In this document: piece by piece, positions 39,483-50,975 of the stretch
How the letters are laid out: each line of letters opens with the position of its first letter
How positions within the stretch are numbered: position 1 is the stretch's first letter
Source of the DNA: Ignisphaera sp.
Lineage (GTDB): Archaea; Thermoproteota; Thermoprotei_A; Sulfolobales; Ignisphaeraceae
Assembly: GCA_038889075.1 (NCBI GenBank)
Contig: JAWAHS010000002.1
Span: 172,930 to 236,929 of the forward strand
Length of the DNA: 64,000 nucleotides
Direction: 5' to 3'
Notes under the pieces: generated by a model
Seen by the model: the letters and a program-made list of their open reading frames with translations, nothing else
What the model was told of the DNA's origin: nothing
Databases searched by the model: none
Made by a program: the position numbers and the translations under genes

Positions 39483-40451
39483 TTATTTTTCATAGAGCCA
39501 GCACTTAACCTTTACACTATTGGCTATAAAATCTGGTGGCACGTTCTCAAGACACTTCTTCGTAGCATAGGGACATCTGGCAGCATATTTACATCCCTTG
39601 GCTAGAAACTCTTTCTCCTCTATAGTCCCCGTTAATTTTATTGCCTTCAACCATTTTTCTCTCCATTTGGGATCTGGCATAGGTGCTGATAGAAGTAGTG
39701 TTTGAGTATATGGGTGTTTAGGCTCGGTGAGTACCTTATCTACAGGACCCTGTTCTACAACCCATCCTCTGTACATAATGGCTATGTAGTCACTTATATA
39801 GTAAGCTGTTGAAAGATCGTGTGTTATGTATATAAATGATATCTTGAGATCATCCTTGAATTCCTTAAATAGATTCACTATAGTTACCCTAAGTGATGCA
39901 TCTAGCATTGAAACCGGTTCATCTGCTAATATAAGTCTCGGTCTCGTAATTAGTGCTCTAGCAATTGAAACCCTCTGTAGCTCTCCCCCAGAGAATTCTG
40001 ATGGATACTTTCCCTTAACCTTCTCTAAGCTTAGTCCAACCCTCTTGAGAACCTCCTCTATATGAGCATCAATTTCGTCTGCTTTAATTTTTGCGACGTT
40101 TTTGGCTGTTTCATAGAGGTAGTTGTAGACCTTTTTCAGTGGATTGAAAGATGCATAGGGATCCTGAAATACAGCCTGTACTTCTTTCCTAAACCATACT
40201 AGATCCTCACCTTTAAGCTTATGTATATTCCTACCTTTATATAGAACCTCACCATATTCTGGTACGTGTACTCCTAGAATTATCCTTGCTAAGGTAGTTT
40301 TTCCAGAACCACTTTCACCTGCGATAGTAAATATGAATGGTTTATCCTCAAGGGATATCGATACATCATCTATAGCTCTGAATTCAAAGCCAAACAAGCC
40401 ATATCTGAAGATCTTTACAACATTCTTTAACTCAAGCAATGCTTCACCCAC
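39483..40451 (-). CDS. oligopeptide/oligosaccharide ABC ATPase (OppF-like)
   Basis: [28 protein letters not shown], Cys-rich tail. Confidence 0.93.
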   Translation of the reverse strand: MGEALLELKNVVKIFRYGLFGFEFRAIDDVSISLEDKPFIFTIAGESGSGKTTLARIILGVHVPEYGEVLYKGRNIHKLKGEDLVWFRKEVQAVFQDPYASFNPLKKVYNYLYETAKNVAKIKADEIDAHIEEVLKRVGLSLEKVKGKYPSEFSGGELQRVSIARALITRPRLILADEPVSMLDASLRVTIVNLFKEFKDDLKISFIYITHDLSTAYYISDYIAIMYRGWVVEQGPVDKVLTEPKHPYTQTLLLSAPMPDPKWREKWLKAIKLTGTIEEKEFLAKGCKYAARCPYATKKCLENVPPDFIANSVKVKCWLYEK

Positions 40452-40457
40452 ATTTCA

Positions 40458-41456
40458 TCACCTTTTCACGTATAGCCAACATGAAACAAATCTTTCTTTA
40501 CCGATATCTATTATAGGCGGTTCCTCCCTTCTACACACATCCATTGCATAGGGACATCGGGGATGGAATCTGCAGCCAGGTGGAGGACTAGTGAGATCAG
40601 GTGGTTGTCCCGCTAGACCTTTTCTAAGTGTTTTATCACCTATTCTAGGTAGAGACTCTATCAATGCTCTAGTATATGGATGTAGAGGATTCTCAAAGAT
40701 ATCTTCAGTTGCTCCAAGTTCAACGCCTTTTCCAGCATACATTATCAGTATTCTATTTGTAACCATTGCTTGTACACCCATGTCATGCGTCACTAGTATC
40801 AAGGTATTTTTCAATTCTCTCTGTTTATCTAGTAACATCTGTAGCACACCTCTCTGGACAACAACATCTACAGCTGTTGTTGGTTCATCAGCCAATATCA
40901 CCCTTGGTTTAAGCATAAGGGCGAGTGCTATAACTACCCTCTGTCTCATACCACCAGAAAGCTGATGAGGATAGGCATTCAAAACCTCTTTACTAAGCCC
41001 AAGACTTTCTATATAGTCTCGGGCAGTCTTATACGCCTCATCCTTATCAACATCCATATGCGTTCTAATGGTTTCAATAAAATGGTCACGTAACCTCTGT
41101 AGAGGATTCAACACATTCATAGAGTTCTGTGGTATATAGGATATGTGCTTCCACCACACTAATGTTCTATCCTTCAACGATAAAATATCTATACTCTGGT
41201 CATTAATACGAAGAGTAACGCTTCCCCTTTGTACAACAAGTGGAGGTCTTATATAACCATACAGAATTTTAAGAAGCGTAGACTTTCCACAACCAGACTC
41301 GCCAGCAATTCCCAGAACTTCGTTATTCTTTGCATAAAAATTTACATTGCTTACTGCATCCACATATACCATGTTATCATTAATCATAACATTATATCCT
41401 CCAGCTAGATTAACCGTATTCAGCACTATATCTGGATCAGACAACACCCTCACCAC
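40458..41456 (-). CDS. oligopeptide/oligosaccharide ABC ATPase (OppD-like)
   Basis: GESGCGKS, LSGGMRQR, DEPT, GCRFHPRC. Confidence 0.93.
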   Translation of the reverse strand: MVRVLSDPDIVLNTVNLAGGYNVMINDNMVYVDAVSNVNFYAKNNEVLGIAGESGCGKSTLLKILYGYIRPPLVVQRGSVTLRINDQSIDILSLKDRTLVWWKHISYIPQNSMNVLNPLQRLRDHFIETIRTHMDVDKDEAYKTARDYIESLGLSKEVLNAYPHQLSGGMRQRVVIALALMLKPRVILADEPTTAVDVVVQRGVLQMLLDKQRELKNTLILVTHDMGVQAMVTNRILIMYAGKGVELGATEDIFENPLHPYTRALIESLPRIGDKTLRKGLAGQPPDLTSPPPGCRFHPRCPYAMDVCRREEPPIIDIGKERFVSCWLYVKR

Positions 41457-41753
41457 TACTTTCCATTTTCACCATCCGAAATCCTACCGCTATTGGATAT
41501 AGGATGTACAGTTTAAAAAACTTATCGTTACCTAAAGTAGCCGATCTTTTAAATGATCCATCAAGACCATAATATTCTGTCCTATCTAACCATGAATTCT
41601 CTAGTGGCAGTTACCCGTATATAATCCATCTCTAATATTCTGTATTGTATGGAATAGAAATGATGCATCTAAAGTTCATTTTACCAACTGCTTTAACTCT
41701 TCAACTAAAGTTAAAACTTGATGTCCGAATTTTAATAGTATATCGGTGCTGGT

Positions 41754-42782
41754 ATGGCTATACCTATTGTACTAACTGGTGTAGCTGTATGTGATATTAT
41801 AATCGCTAACCTTGAACGAATAGCAGAACCTGGCGATATAGTATATGTCTCAGGTTCATCATCGATTGAAATTGGTGGTCACCCGTGTAATATAGCTATA
41901 GATCTGGCTAAAATGGGTTACAAATCAAATGATATTATTGCTATTAGCTCTATTGGTAGGGATCTCTGTGGCGAATTTATTCTAAGTACTCTAAAGAAAT
42001 ACGGTATTGTAGTCGAATTTCAGATCGAAAGAAATTCGAATAGTAACAAGAATATAATTCTAGTTGTTAAGGATGAAGATAGAAGATTTCATGTTGATGT
42101 AGATGCGACAACAAAGTTATCCGTAGACCACGTTACTAATGTTATTAAAAGGTACAGACCCGGAATATTCTACATAGCGCCCGGTTTACTTGGCAATGTA
42201 GATGATAATTTAAGGAATATTTTCAGAGCATCAAAGGAGGTCGGCGCGATAAATATTACCGATATAGCTGCTGCTAAACCTTTTGGCAAGGATACCTGGA
42301 CTTTTCTTATAAACTCACTAGAGGTTGTTGATGTATTTCATGCAAATCTTTATGAGGCTAGGAGGGTTTTTGGTGTAGATAGCATTACCGAGATTATGAA
42401 GAGGATTCTCGGATTAGGTGTTAAAATAGCACTAATAACTAATGGTGAGAAAGGTGCATATCTTGCTAAAGACAACTATATAGTATATCAACCCGCATTT
42501 AAAGTAGAGGTTGTGGACCCTACCGGAGCTGGGGATGCTTTCCAAGCTGGCTTTATATATAAATTAGTTGATACTTTGAAAAACGACCTCAATCCAAACA
42601 AATTAGACAATTTAGAATTAGAAGAATTGAAGTATATACTTCTATGGGCTCAAGCTGCCGGAGCCTCGTGTGTAACAGGAATAGGTACTACATCATCAGT
42701 TTCGCGACAAAACATTGAACACCTTATTTTAAGCCAAGGGGATAGCATATTGAAGGCTACAAAGGTAGATGTACTAGAATAG
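41754..42782 (+). CDS. PfkB family carbohydrate kinase
   Basis: GGHPCNIA, N..EA, DPTGAGDAF. Confidence 0.9.
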   Translation: MAIPIVLTGVAVCDIIIANLERIAEPGDIVYVSGSSSIEIGGHPCNIAIDLAKMGYKSNDIIAISSIGRDLCGEFILSTLKKYGIVVEFQIERNSNSNKNIILVVKDEDRRFHVDVDATTKLSVDHVTNVIKRYRPGIFYIAPGLLGNVDDNLRNIFRASKEVGAINITDIAAAKPFGKDTWTFLINSLEVVDVFHANLYEARRVFGVDSITEIMKRILGLGVKIALITNGEKGAYLAKDNYIVYQPAFKVEVVDPTGAGDAFQAGFIYKLVDTLKNDLNPNKLDNLELEELKYILLWAQAAGASCVTGIGTTSSVSRQNIEHLILSQGDSILKATKVDVLE

Positions 42783-42913
42783 AATGTAGACCTTAATAAT
42801 ATACGGGATTATCAATTTAGATATCGTAAAGCTCTCAAATCGTGGCTTAGATACACATTTGGAAGTTATAGACGAATAAGCTGGTTCCATCTAATAATGG
42901 TATTCACTAATCC

Positions 42914-43873
42914 TCAGCCACTATTTTCCTTTCTAACAAATTCTTCTAATTCATTCCTTTTTGGAAAGGCTGTTACGGCACCCCGTTTAAGGCATTTAAG
43001 TGCTCCAGCAGCATTCGCATATTTTACTGATGTTCTTAAGCTGTTTTTCTCTAGGATGTAGTATACTATAAATGTAGCAGTCCACGCATCTCCTGCACCA
43101 GTTGTGTCTATTGGTATTATTTTGTATGCAGGTGCATATATTTCCTCTTCTCTAGTGATTACGTACGAGCCCATTGAGCCAAGTCTTATGGCAACAATTT
43201 GAATAGATGGGTATCTTTCCATAACTTTTCTAGCAACATATTTATAATCTCTAGAGCCGAACATATTTTCAATTTCATCATATCCCATTGTAATCATCGT
43301 TGCTATCCTTAGATATCTATCCATGCTTTCTAGTGCTCTACTACCACTACCCCATACATCCCGTCTATAGTTCGGGTCTATGGATACATAAATACCATCC
43401 TCAAAGGCTCTTCTCATAACCATATACACACTTTCACTAAGAGGTGGGTAAGCGATTGCAACCCCAGAGATGTGGATAATCCTAGCCTTTGAAATCCCCT
43501 CGAGATCAATATCACTAACATCAAGCATAGTATCTGCGGTTTTCACCCAAGGCTCTCTATAGAAAAAGAAATCCCGTTCACCACCTCTATATAGAGTAAC
43601 AAATGCTAAACTGGTCCTTGCTCTCTTTCTCACAAGCCATCTAGTGTCAACCCCCTCCTGATTAAGGAATTCCTTTAACATGTCACCAAAAGGATCATCG
43701 CCAATAGCACCAATGAAGGCCGATCTATGTCCCAGCCGAGCTATACCTACAGCAACATTAGCTGGAGCCCCACCAAAATGTATTTCAAATCCCAACCCAT
43801 CTCTATAAACACTGGCTTCTGTAGGTATTATATCAACAAGTATTTCACCCATGCAAATAGCTTCAACGGTCAT
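42914..43873 (-). CDS. PfkB family kinase (fructokinase/KDG kinase-like)
   Basis: GGAPANVA, DPNYR...W, DTTGAGD. Confidence 0.92.
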   Translation of the reverse strand: MTVEAICMGEILVDIIPTEASVYRDGLGFEIHFGGAPANVAVGIARLGHRSAFIGAIGDDPFGDMLKEFLNQEGVDTRWLVRKRARTSLAFVTLYRGGERDFFFYREPWVKTADTMLDVSDIDLEGISKARIIHISGVAIAYPPLSESVYMVMRRAFEDGIYVSIDPNYRRDVWGSGSRALESMDRYLRIATMITMGYDEIENMFGSRDYKYVARKVMERYPSIQIVAIRLGSMGSYVITREEEIYAPAYKIIPIDTTGAGDAWTATFIVYYILEKNSLRTSVKYANAAGALKCLKRGAVTAFPKRNELEEFVRKENSG

Positions 43874-44212
43874 TGAATACCCCCATAAACCTCTATATTT
43901 AGGTCTAGCTTAAAACTCTTATCCAATTCAATTATTCATAAATATTGTATGGTTAAAAAGAGCATAGGTCAATGTATTACATTATACATAGTTTTCAGAG
44001 AGGTGCTGTGCCGTAAGGGGTCATTGAATTAATATGTTGTAAAATATTAGATTATATTAGCAACTCCTCCATCAAATAGATCGTTTTTCATATATTCAAA
44101 ATTATTATATGTTTTTAAGTTAAGAATTGATAAATATTACCCAGTGTAGATTTTACATCTCTAGGTAGCTTTTAATTTTAGCTTAATATCATACTAATTC
44201 TGGTGTAAGACT

Positions 44213-45559
44213 TTGAGCTTTATAAAGAACAGGCCTGTATTAGAAAGGGGAGATCTACATAGAATAGCTCTAGATATTATAGAATATGGCTTAGAGTCTG
44301 CAGATCCATACAGAGCTGTGGTTGCTTCTCTTAGGATCAGCGATAATATAATTTATGTAAGGGATACTATGGTTAAGGTTAGAGGAAGGATACACGTTAT
44401 TGGCTTCGGTAAAGCATCTAGAAGAATGGCTGATGCAATGTACAATGTTTTAGGTAATAGGATTGCCGGTGGTATTGTTATTTCCCCAGAAGGCTCAGGC
44501 TACATAGGTCCAATAGAGATTGTCAAGGGAGATCACCCAATACCTGGAAATAATACCTTGAAATCGTCGCAGAGGGTATTGGAGTATCTTCAGAATAATG
44601 TATATGAAGACGATACAGTATTCATACTCATCTCAGGGGGAGGTTCAGCTCTTTTCGAGGTTCCAGAGCGCAACGTTTCATTGGATGATGTAGGTAGGTT
44701 GGCAAAGGAGCTTATGAGAAGAGGTGCTGATATATTTGAGCTAAATACTGTTAGAAAGAGATTTTCAAGAGTTAAAGGAGGTAAGCTTCTTAGATATATA
44801 AGAGCTAGAAATATAGTATCTCTAATTATAAGTGATGTTATTGGAGATAGATTAGACACTATTGCATCAGGACCTACAGCACCTGATGAAACAAGCTATG
44901 GAGATGTCTATAGTATTCTCACTAGACGTGGACTATGGAATGAGATGCCAGAAACCATGAGAAGTATAATAGAGGCTGGATTGCGTGGAGAGCTTCCAGA
45001 TACACCTAAATCTGGAGATCCTATATTTTCAAATGTTCACAACATTATAATCGCTAGTAATGCGATAGCACTAGAATCAATGGCTAGAAAGGCAGAGGAG
45101 TATGGCTTTAAATCACTGATACTAACATCTATGGTTGAGGGGGAGGCTAGGGAAGTAGGAAAAGTAATTGCATCAATAATAAAGAATATTTTAGCGTATT
45201 CAAGACCTGTAGAGAAACCTGTTGCCATACTTATTGGTGGGGAAACGGTAGTTACTGTAAGGGGTAAAGGAGTTGGTGGAAGAAACCAAGAGCTATGTCT
45301 ATCCCTAGCTGTATCAATAAAGGGTCTAGAGACCGTGGCTGTGTGTATGGGAACCGATGGAATAGATGGTATAAGTCCAGCTGCAGGAGCCATAGTAGAT
45401 GGATATACTATTGATGAAGGCTATAGGCTAGGGCTAGATCCAATAGCATATCTTGAAAATAATGATAGCTATACCTATTTCTCAAAGATAAATAGAGCCA
45501 TTATAACAGGCTATACTGGAACAAACGTAAATGATGTATTCCTAGCATTAATAAGATGA
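44213..45559 (+). CDS. glycerate 2-kinase (MOFRL family)
   Basis: GFGKA, HP.P, ISGGGSAL, SDV.GD...IASGPT, GGETVV, GGRNQE, TGTNVND. Confidence 0.92.
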   Translation: MSFIKNRPVLERGDLHRIALDIIEYGLESADPYRAVVASLRISDNIIYVRDTMVKVRGRIHVIGFGKASRRMADAMYNVLGNRIAGGIVISPEGSGYIGPIEIVKGDHPIPGNNTLKSSQRVLEYLQNNVYEDDTVFILISGGGSALFEVPERNVSLDDVGRLAKELMRRGADIFELNTVRKRFSRVKGGKLLRYIRARNIVSLIISDVIGDRLDTIASGPTAPDETSYGDVYSILTRRGLWNEMPETMRSIIEAGLRGELPDTPKSGDPIFSNVHNIIIASNAIALESMARKAEEYGFKSLILTSMVEGEAREVGKVIASIIKNILAYSRPVEKPVAILIGGETVVTVRGKGVGGRNQELCLSLAVSIKGLETVAVCMGTDGIDGISPAAGAIVDGYTIDEGYRLGLDPIAYLENNDSYTYFSKINRAIITGYTGTNVNDVFLALIR

Positions 45560-45591
45560 TGATATGTTACTCAATGTTTGAATTAAATGTT

Positions 45592-46875
45592 TCAACGACA
45601 TTCTACGTTTTTAAGAGATTGAAACGCTTTTTCAATAAAAGATATTGGATGTAATCTCCTTGTCAATACCTTTCTTAAAACTACTATAAGTACTGTAGCT
45701 GTTATAATGAAAAACACGTAGGACAACACATCCACTGTTTGGGTAGCATTTGCGTGCTCCTGGATAAACTCTATTGCTGTTCTATTTAGCGAATAGATGG
45801 CCCACGCTTCATTTGCTGGTCTTGGCTCAAGTGTTGCATACTCTGATGCTGCTACATATATGCTATTTGTATCTATCTTTATATCACCCGTCCACAGAAT
45901 CCATGGCGAATTTGTGGATATTGTTATGTTTGCAACTATATCAAGATCATCGTTGAATACGAGTAGGCTATTCATTGTTATGTAGTGTGGAGCAATTATT
46001 CGAGAGGCAAATGCTACTATTCTATCACGATCTAGGATGGCAAGTCGAAATATTATATTGCCACCTAGTTTTCTCTCCTTCAAAATATTACCGTTACTAT
46101 CTATCTTTACAATACCCATAGAACCGCCTATATAGACATGATTCTGGGCATGTGCTATGGCATATGGATAGGCTCTGATATCCTTTAAATCAATCGTCTT
46201 TATATGATTCAAATTATCATTGAATATGTCAATCCTAGGCATTTCAAAATCTCTTAAGTCTACATATAAATAGAGTAGCCATATCAGATTATTACTCTGA
46301 TCTTTGATAATCCTAGGTAAAGCATAGGGCCACCTCCATGATAGCTGAACCTGTATAGCATGGACAGCTTTAAGATCCAAACCATCTGCAGTTCTTTTTT
46401 CAACTCTATATCCACTAAAAGTAGAACCGTTAACTATACCCGCTATATAGATGTGTATGCTATCGCTATATACAGATGTAGCTACATCCATACCATCTGA
46501 AGGATTGGATATATTCAAGGAGACGACATTTAAATCCCAATCAAACGCTAGTATGATCCATCCAAAGTCAGTATCAGAAATCTTTACGGTGCCAACAGCA
46601 TATATACCATTATTTACGGCACAATCGTATAGTGTGCCAACGCCACCTCTCCATACCTTTAAAAGAGCCCCACTACTACTATTCCTAACCTCAACCCTCA
46701 TGATAGGCACACCATCAACTTCATCAAAACCAGCAACATAGATTTTGCCGCTATATGTGCAAAGAGATAGTGCAACATCCCTACCAGGACTATAATCATC
46801 TACAACAATCCATTGAAAAACACTCTGCATGGATAGTAGTAAAGCTATAACTTTAAGTATAGCCACTGTATGCAA
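45592..46875 (-). CDS. secreted/membrane-anchored hypothetical protein, probable beta-propeller
   Basis: Signal peptide, repeated IYVAG/IYIAG/VYIGG blades, C-terminal TM. Confidence 0.6.
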   Translation of the reverse strand: MHTVAILKVIALLLSMQSVFQWIVVDDYSPGRDVALSLCTYSGKIYVAGFDEVDGVPIMRVEVRNSSSGALLKVWRGGVGTLYDCAVNNGIYAVGTVKISDTDFGWIILAFDWDLNVVSLNISNPSDGMDVATSVYSDSIHIYIAGIVNGSTFSGYRVEKRTADGLDLKAVHAIQVQLSWRWPYALPRIIKDQSNNLIWLLYLYVDLRDFEMPRIDIFNDNLNHIKTIDLKDIRAYPYAIAHAQNHVYIGGSMGIVKIDSNGNILKERKLGGNIIFRLAILDRDRIVAFASRIIAPHYITMNSLLVFNDDLDIVANITISTNSPWILWTGDIKIDTNSIYVAASEYATLEPRPANEAWAIYSLNRTAIEFIQEHANATQTVDVLSYVFFIITATVLIVVLRKVLTRRLHPISFIEKAFQSLKNVECR

Positions 46876-47316
46876 ATTATCTACCCCAGATATCTATTTG
46901 AGTACATTTATAAAAGCATTTGTAGAAGCAATCATTGCACCATCTCCTAGTAATCCTATACTGATAATACCTAGAGGATTTCCTATATGTATACACGGTT
47001 TATCGATAACCTTCCGTAACACACTATTTGCAATTTAATAATATTGTTAATGTAGCTACATTTGGATTCGCAGATTTAATAGCAATAGCTATATAGGTAT
47101 TGAAAACTTGAAGTTTTCTAAGCTATTGCTGTAAATTCATAGCAATACTTTCCCTTTTATAATGGCATCTATGTTGGAGCCCTATTAGGATATTTACCTG
47201 CATTGTATACATTCGCTATGGTTGCTGTAATCGAGTTTGTGTTGTAAATCGTAGCTCGGCTATTATCCACCTATTCTTTATATACCCTATCTATAGATTC
47301 ATAAGTTGTATTGTAG

Positions 47317-48822
47317 GTGTCTGTGGTGGAGGCTAAGGTGTTTGAGTATACCATAGATGGTAAAATACCATATTATGTAAAGGAGCAAAGCGATTTTATT
47401 GAAATATCATTTAGAGTCGATAGTAATGTCGATGTACTCTTCATAGAGTTTTCTAGCCCAGAGGCTGGATGCAAACTCGGTATAGGTGTTGCTGACTCTA
47501 CTGGTTATTTAAGAGGGTGGAGTGCTGAAAGAAGGTCAAAGATATATATTGCTAAGGGTACTGCGACCCCTGGATATTTACCAGGTGATATTCCCATAGG
47601 AATATGGAAGGTTATTGTAAGGCTCGACAGCATGGTTAATGGTGGCTGTAGATATAGGTTAAGGATAATAGGTTATAGAACTGTATTAGGTGGAATAACG
47701 TTTGATGATGTATTCAGGACCCTTGCATACTTAACTAAAAATACTAATCTGATTGAACTTGTGAAAGGTTATTCTGAGCTCATTTCTATAATGAACTATA
47801 CATATCCATGTAGAGACTATTCTGGTACATATAAGGGATCTAAATATGTCGAGGATAACCCTACTTGGTACAGAGGCGATCTTCATGTACATTCAATACA
47901 TAGTGATGGTAGAAATACCGTGTGTGAGGTAATTACGTTAGCACGTAATAGAGGTCTTAATTTCATAGCTCTAACAGACCACAATACAGTTAGCCAAAAT
48001 TACGAGCTCAATATAGACAGCTATAGGGATCCTATAGTCATTCCAGGAATGGAGGTGACCACCTTCTATGGGCATATGAATATATTCAATATTAAGAGAT
48101 GCGTAGATTTTAGAAGAAAAAGTAGGGAAGATTTTGAAAAACTCATTGAAGAGGTACATAGTGATGGAGGTCTCATATCTGTTAATCACCCTGATTTATC
48201 CAGAGAACCTATGTGTAGAGATTGTCCATTTAGATACAGAGATATAAAGGGTTTTGATGCTATTGAGATCTGGAATGGTCCATGGCATATATTAAATAGC
48301 GAATCACTTCTATGGTGGCACCATCTTCTTACAGAAGGCTTTAGGGTTACGGCAATTGGAGGTAGCGATTACCATGGTGTTGATCTGACAAGACTTGGTG
48401 AACCAACCACATGGGTATATGCGAATAGCTGTACTATTGAAGGCATACTCAATGGCATTAAAATGGGTAGGGTGTATATAACATACACCCCTGAGGAGCC
48501 ACTAATAGATGTAAAAGCCATCACTAACAGTGGCAATTCCTATATGATTGGAGATAGCATTAGAAGGGCGGACTCTAGCTCTATAGAACTCACTATAGAT
48601 ATTAAAAAGGCTAAGGGGTTCACTCTTAGAATTATAACATCGCGGGATGTATATAGAGCTGTGGAGATACCTGAACATAGTTTTAGATATAGAGAAAAAA
48701 TAGAGGCTAAAGATCATAACTTTATAAGAGTTGAAGTTGGCAGATATAGTGATCCCTACAAACTCATACCACATAACTATGACGACATTATAGCACTTAC
48801 CAATCCAATGTATATAGAATAA
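47317..48822 (+). CDS. PHP-domain metallohydrolase (CehA/McbA-like)
   Basis: GDLHVHS.HSDG, TDHN, GHMN, NHP, GGSDYH. Confidence 0.85.
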   Translation: MSVVEAKVFEYTIDGKIPYYVKEQSDFIEISFRVDSNVDVLFIEFSSPEAGCKLGIGVADSTGYLRGWSAERRSKIYIAKGTATPGYLPGDIPIGIWKVIVRLDSMVNGGCRYRLRIIGYRTVLGGITFDDVFRTLAYLTKNTNLIELVKGYSELISIMNYTYPCRDYSGTYKGSKYVEDNPTWYRGDLHVHSIHSDGRNTVCEVITLARNRGLNFIALTDHNTVSQNYELNIDSYRDPIVIPGMEVTTFYGHMNIFNIKRCVDFRRKSREDFEKLIEEVHSDGGLISVNHPDLSREPMCRDCPFRYRDIKGFDAIEIWNGPWHILNSESLLWWHHLLTEGFRVTAIGGSDYHGVDLTRLGEPTTWVYANSCTIEGILNGIKMGRVYITYTPEEPLIDVKAITNSGNSYMIGDSIRRADSSSIELTIDIKKAKGFTLRIITSRDVYRAVEIPEHSFRYREKIEAKDHNFIRVEVGRYSDPYKLIPHNYDDIIALTNPMYIE

Positions 48823-49524
48823 GTGGCATCCATAGAGATTTGGCACCTCTACTGCTCCACTTATAGTGACTCAGTGGATAGAATATTATTGCTTCATTAT
48901 CACTGGGTAAGCATATGGTCGTCAGCTACTTTAGGTATGCAATATTTATCTGGTTTTATAGAGCATTTCATATTAGTGGTTGAGTATTTAGCTAGGTGGG
49001 GACTGTGGTCTTTCTGAGGAATGGACTGGTGATTCTAGATTTAAGGTATTCCATTCAGCTTAAACGATGTCCGTGAACTCTATGTAAAGTGATCTCTATT
49101 GGATGCTGCGGAACAAAGGTGTAGCTCACTCTAGCAAATCTATAACAACCCAGGATAAGAAATAGCTTTAAGATGCAAGCATAGTTCATGTAAGTTAACA
49201 AGCGGATTTTTACCATCTTATCTCAATGGTGTATAGGTATGATTCTTCTTAATTTTAGCTAAAATGTTTAAAATATCACAGTTTTAGACGATTTCATATA
49301 GAAAGAATTTCTTGATAAATTCTACTATTTGTGGTGGGAAATGTTTCGTCTTGTCTTATACTTAATTTTGATGGGCTGTATCATAGAAAGTGTATATCAT
49401 TTACGACTAGACCGTACTTAGAGCAGCATAATAGGATAGTATATTTTGAAGAGGTTCTATAACTTTCTGGAAGCAGTGCTGTAACATAAATAAGCTTTTT
49501 AATCATATTCATCTATACCTTTTA

Positions 49525-49986
49525 ATGGTGTTCTTATTGTCGGTAAAGATGATTGATGTTAGCAGCAAGGATGAGATTCACCGAGAGGCTGTAGCGAGAG
49601 GCTGTATAAAACTTAGGAAGGAGACTGTTAGTAGGATAAAGAGTGGAGCTATTGAAAAAGGTGATGTATTCACGGCTTCAGCCTTAGCTGCTATACAAGC
49701 TGCTAAACAGACTTCCCTGCTACTACCATTCTGCCATGTTATAAGGATAGACCTTGTTAGACCTAGTATATGGATTGAAGATGATGAAAAGGTTTGTGTA
49801 GAGGTTTCTGTTAAAGCACGTGAACGAACCGGTGTTGAGATGGAGGCATTGACAGCTGTATCTCTCGCTCTTCTAAATATATGGGATATGGTTAAAGCAT
49901 ATGAAAAGGATGAGAATGGTCAATATCCACATACAGCTATTGAAAATATACATATTGTGAGGAAAACTAAGGTTACATTAAGTTAG
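49525..49986 (+). CDS. moaC: cyclic pyranopterin monophosphate synthase
   Basis: MIDVSSK, KGDV, LPFCH, TGVEMEAL, WDMVK. Confidence 0.95.
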   Translation: MVFLLSVKMIDVSSKDEIHREAVARGCIKLRKETVSRIKSGAIEKGDVFTASALAAIQAAKQTSLLLPFCHVIRIDLVRPSIWIEDDEKVCVEVSVKARERTGVEMEALTAVSLALLNIWDMVKAYEKDENGQYPHTAIENIHIVRKTKVTLS

Positions 49987-49993
49987 TAATCTA

Positions 49994-50317
49994 ATGTGCG
50001 GTATGTTATTTAGAGGTGATGGTTCTATAATTTATTTGGCTCTTCTCGTAGGGCTTCTCGTAGGGCTCCTATCCAAGTTCAGGTTTAGAAGGATGAATAT
50101 TAGTAGAATTGTAAATAGATTTGTAATCGTCACAGTATTTATTCTAGTATTGCTAATAGGTATTGTGGCAGGCTATACTATTATGGCTAGGCTTTCTATT
50201 ATCGGTATTCAAGCTCTTCTCATATTGGTAACGGAACTTGCACTCCTAACGGTTTTACCAATAGTAATAGGTTTTTGTCTATCTTTACTAATTACGAGAA
50301 TTGGTAGAGGAAAATGA
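49994..50317 (+). CDS. small membrane protein, probably the N-terminal half of a split LysO exporter
   Basis: Three hydrophobic helices; ATGA overlap with next gene. Confidence 0.6.
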   Translation: MCGMLFRGDGSIIYLALLVGLLVGLLSKFRFRRMNISRIVNRFVIVTVFILVLLIGIVAGYTIMARLSIIGIQALLILVTELALLTVLPIVIGFCLSLLITRIGRGK

Positions 50318-50943
50318 TAGGCAAATTAGCTGTAGTTGTACTGTTTGTTATAGGTTTTGGGATAGGTGTAGTACTCTATCTCATCAATATATCAATATAT
50401 ATACTATCCAAAGCAGTAGAGCTATTTCTATACATACTCATAGCATCAATAGGTATTGTAGTGGCTTATGAAGCTAAATCCATTAAAGAAGTTATGGCTG
50501 GTATAGATCTATCCGTAAGACTCGTTATAGCCACAATCCTAGGCTCTATATTAGGTGGCATCCTTACAGCGTTAATACTTCATAGTGATGTAATAGTATA
50601 CCTAGCTATAGCCCTTGGAATGGGATGGTATACATTCACAGGTTCGTACCTGGCAACTATCGATAGCTACCTAGGTCTTCTAGGATTCACAGCAAATATG
50701 TTTAGAGAAATAGCTACAATACTCCTCTATCCAATTCTATCAAAGAAATACCCTATTGAGGCTATATCCATTGGCGGGGCAACAACTATGGATACCACAC
50801 TACCTATTATAGCTAGATTTACAAACACTAGTGTAACTATAATTGCATTTATACACGGACTTATACTCACACTATTGATACCCATAATAATTCCAGCAAT
50901 AATGGCTACGAATCCAAAAACTTTTATCCCTAGCAATAGGTAG
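50314..50943 (+). CDS. LysO (DUF340) family exporter
   Basis: GMGWY, N..RE, GGATTMDTTLP, HG. Confidence 0.88.
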   Translation: MIGKLAVVVLFVIGFGIGVVLYLINISIYILSKAVELFLYILIASIGIVVAYEAKSIKEVMAGIDLSVRLVIATILGSILGGILTALILHSDVIVYLAIALGMGWYTFTGSYLATIDSYLGLLGFTANMFREIATILLYPILSKKYPIEAISIGGATTMDTTLPIIARFTNTSVTIIAFIHGLILTLLIPIIIPAIMATNPKTFIPSNR

Positions 50944-50975
50944 TATCAGCTAACATTGTTAGAGGCCTGGATACA

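Noticed and set aside
45556-45620. ATGATGA box-C-like motif at the glycerate kinase stop
   Set aside because: No CTGA at a suitable distance and no guide match
46880-47300. Possible decayed gene in the 440-bp gap
   Set aside because: Protein-like fragments on both strands, but no family could be assigned
48823-49520. 700-bp gap with a 64-aa ORF
   Set aside because: No recognisable motif, repeat or RNA structure
50042-50065. 12-bp tandem duplication CTTCTCGTAGGG
   Set aside because: In-frame LLVG duplication in a TM helix; trivial
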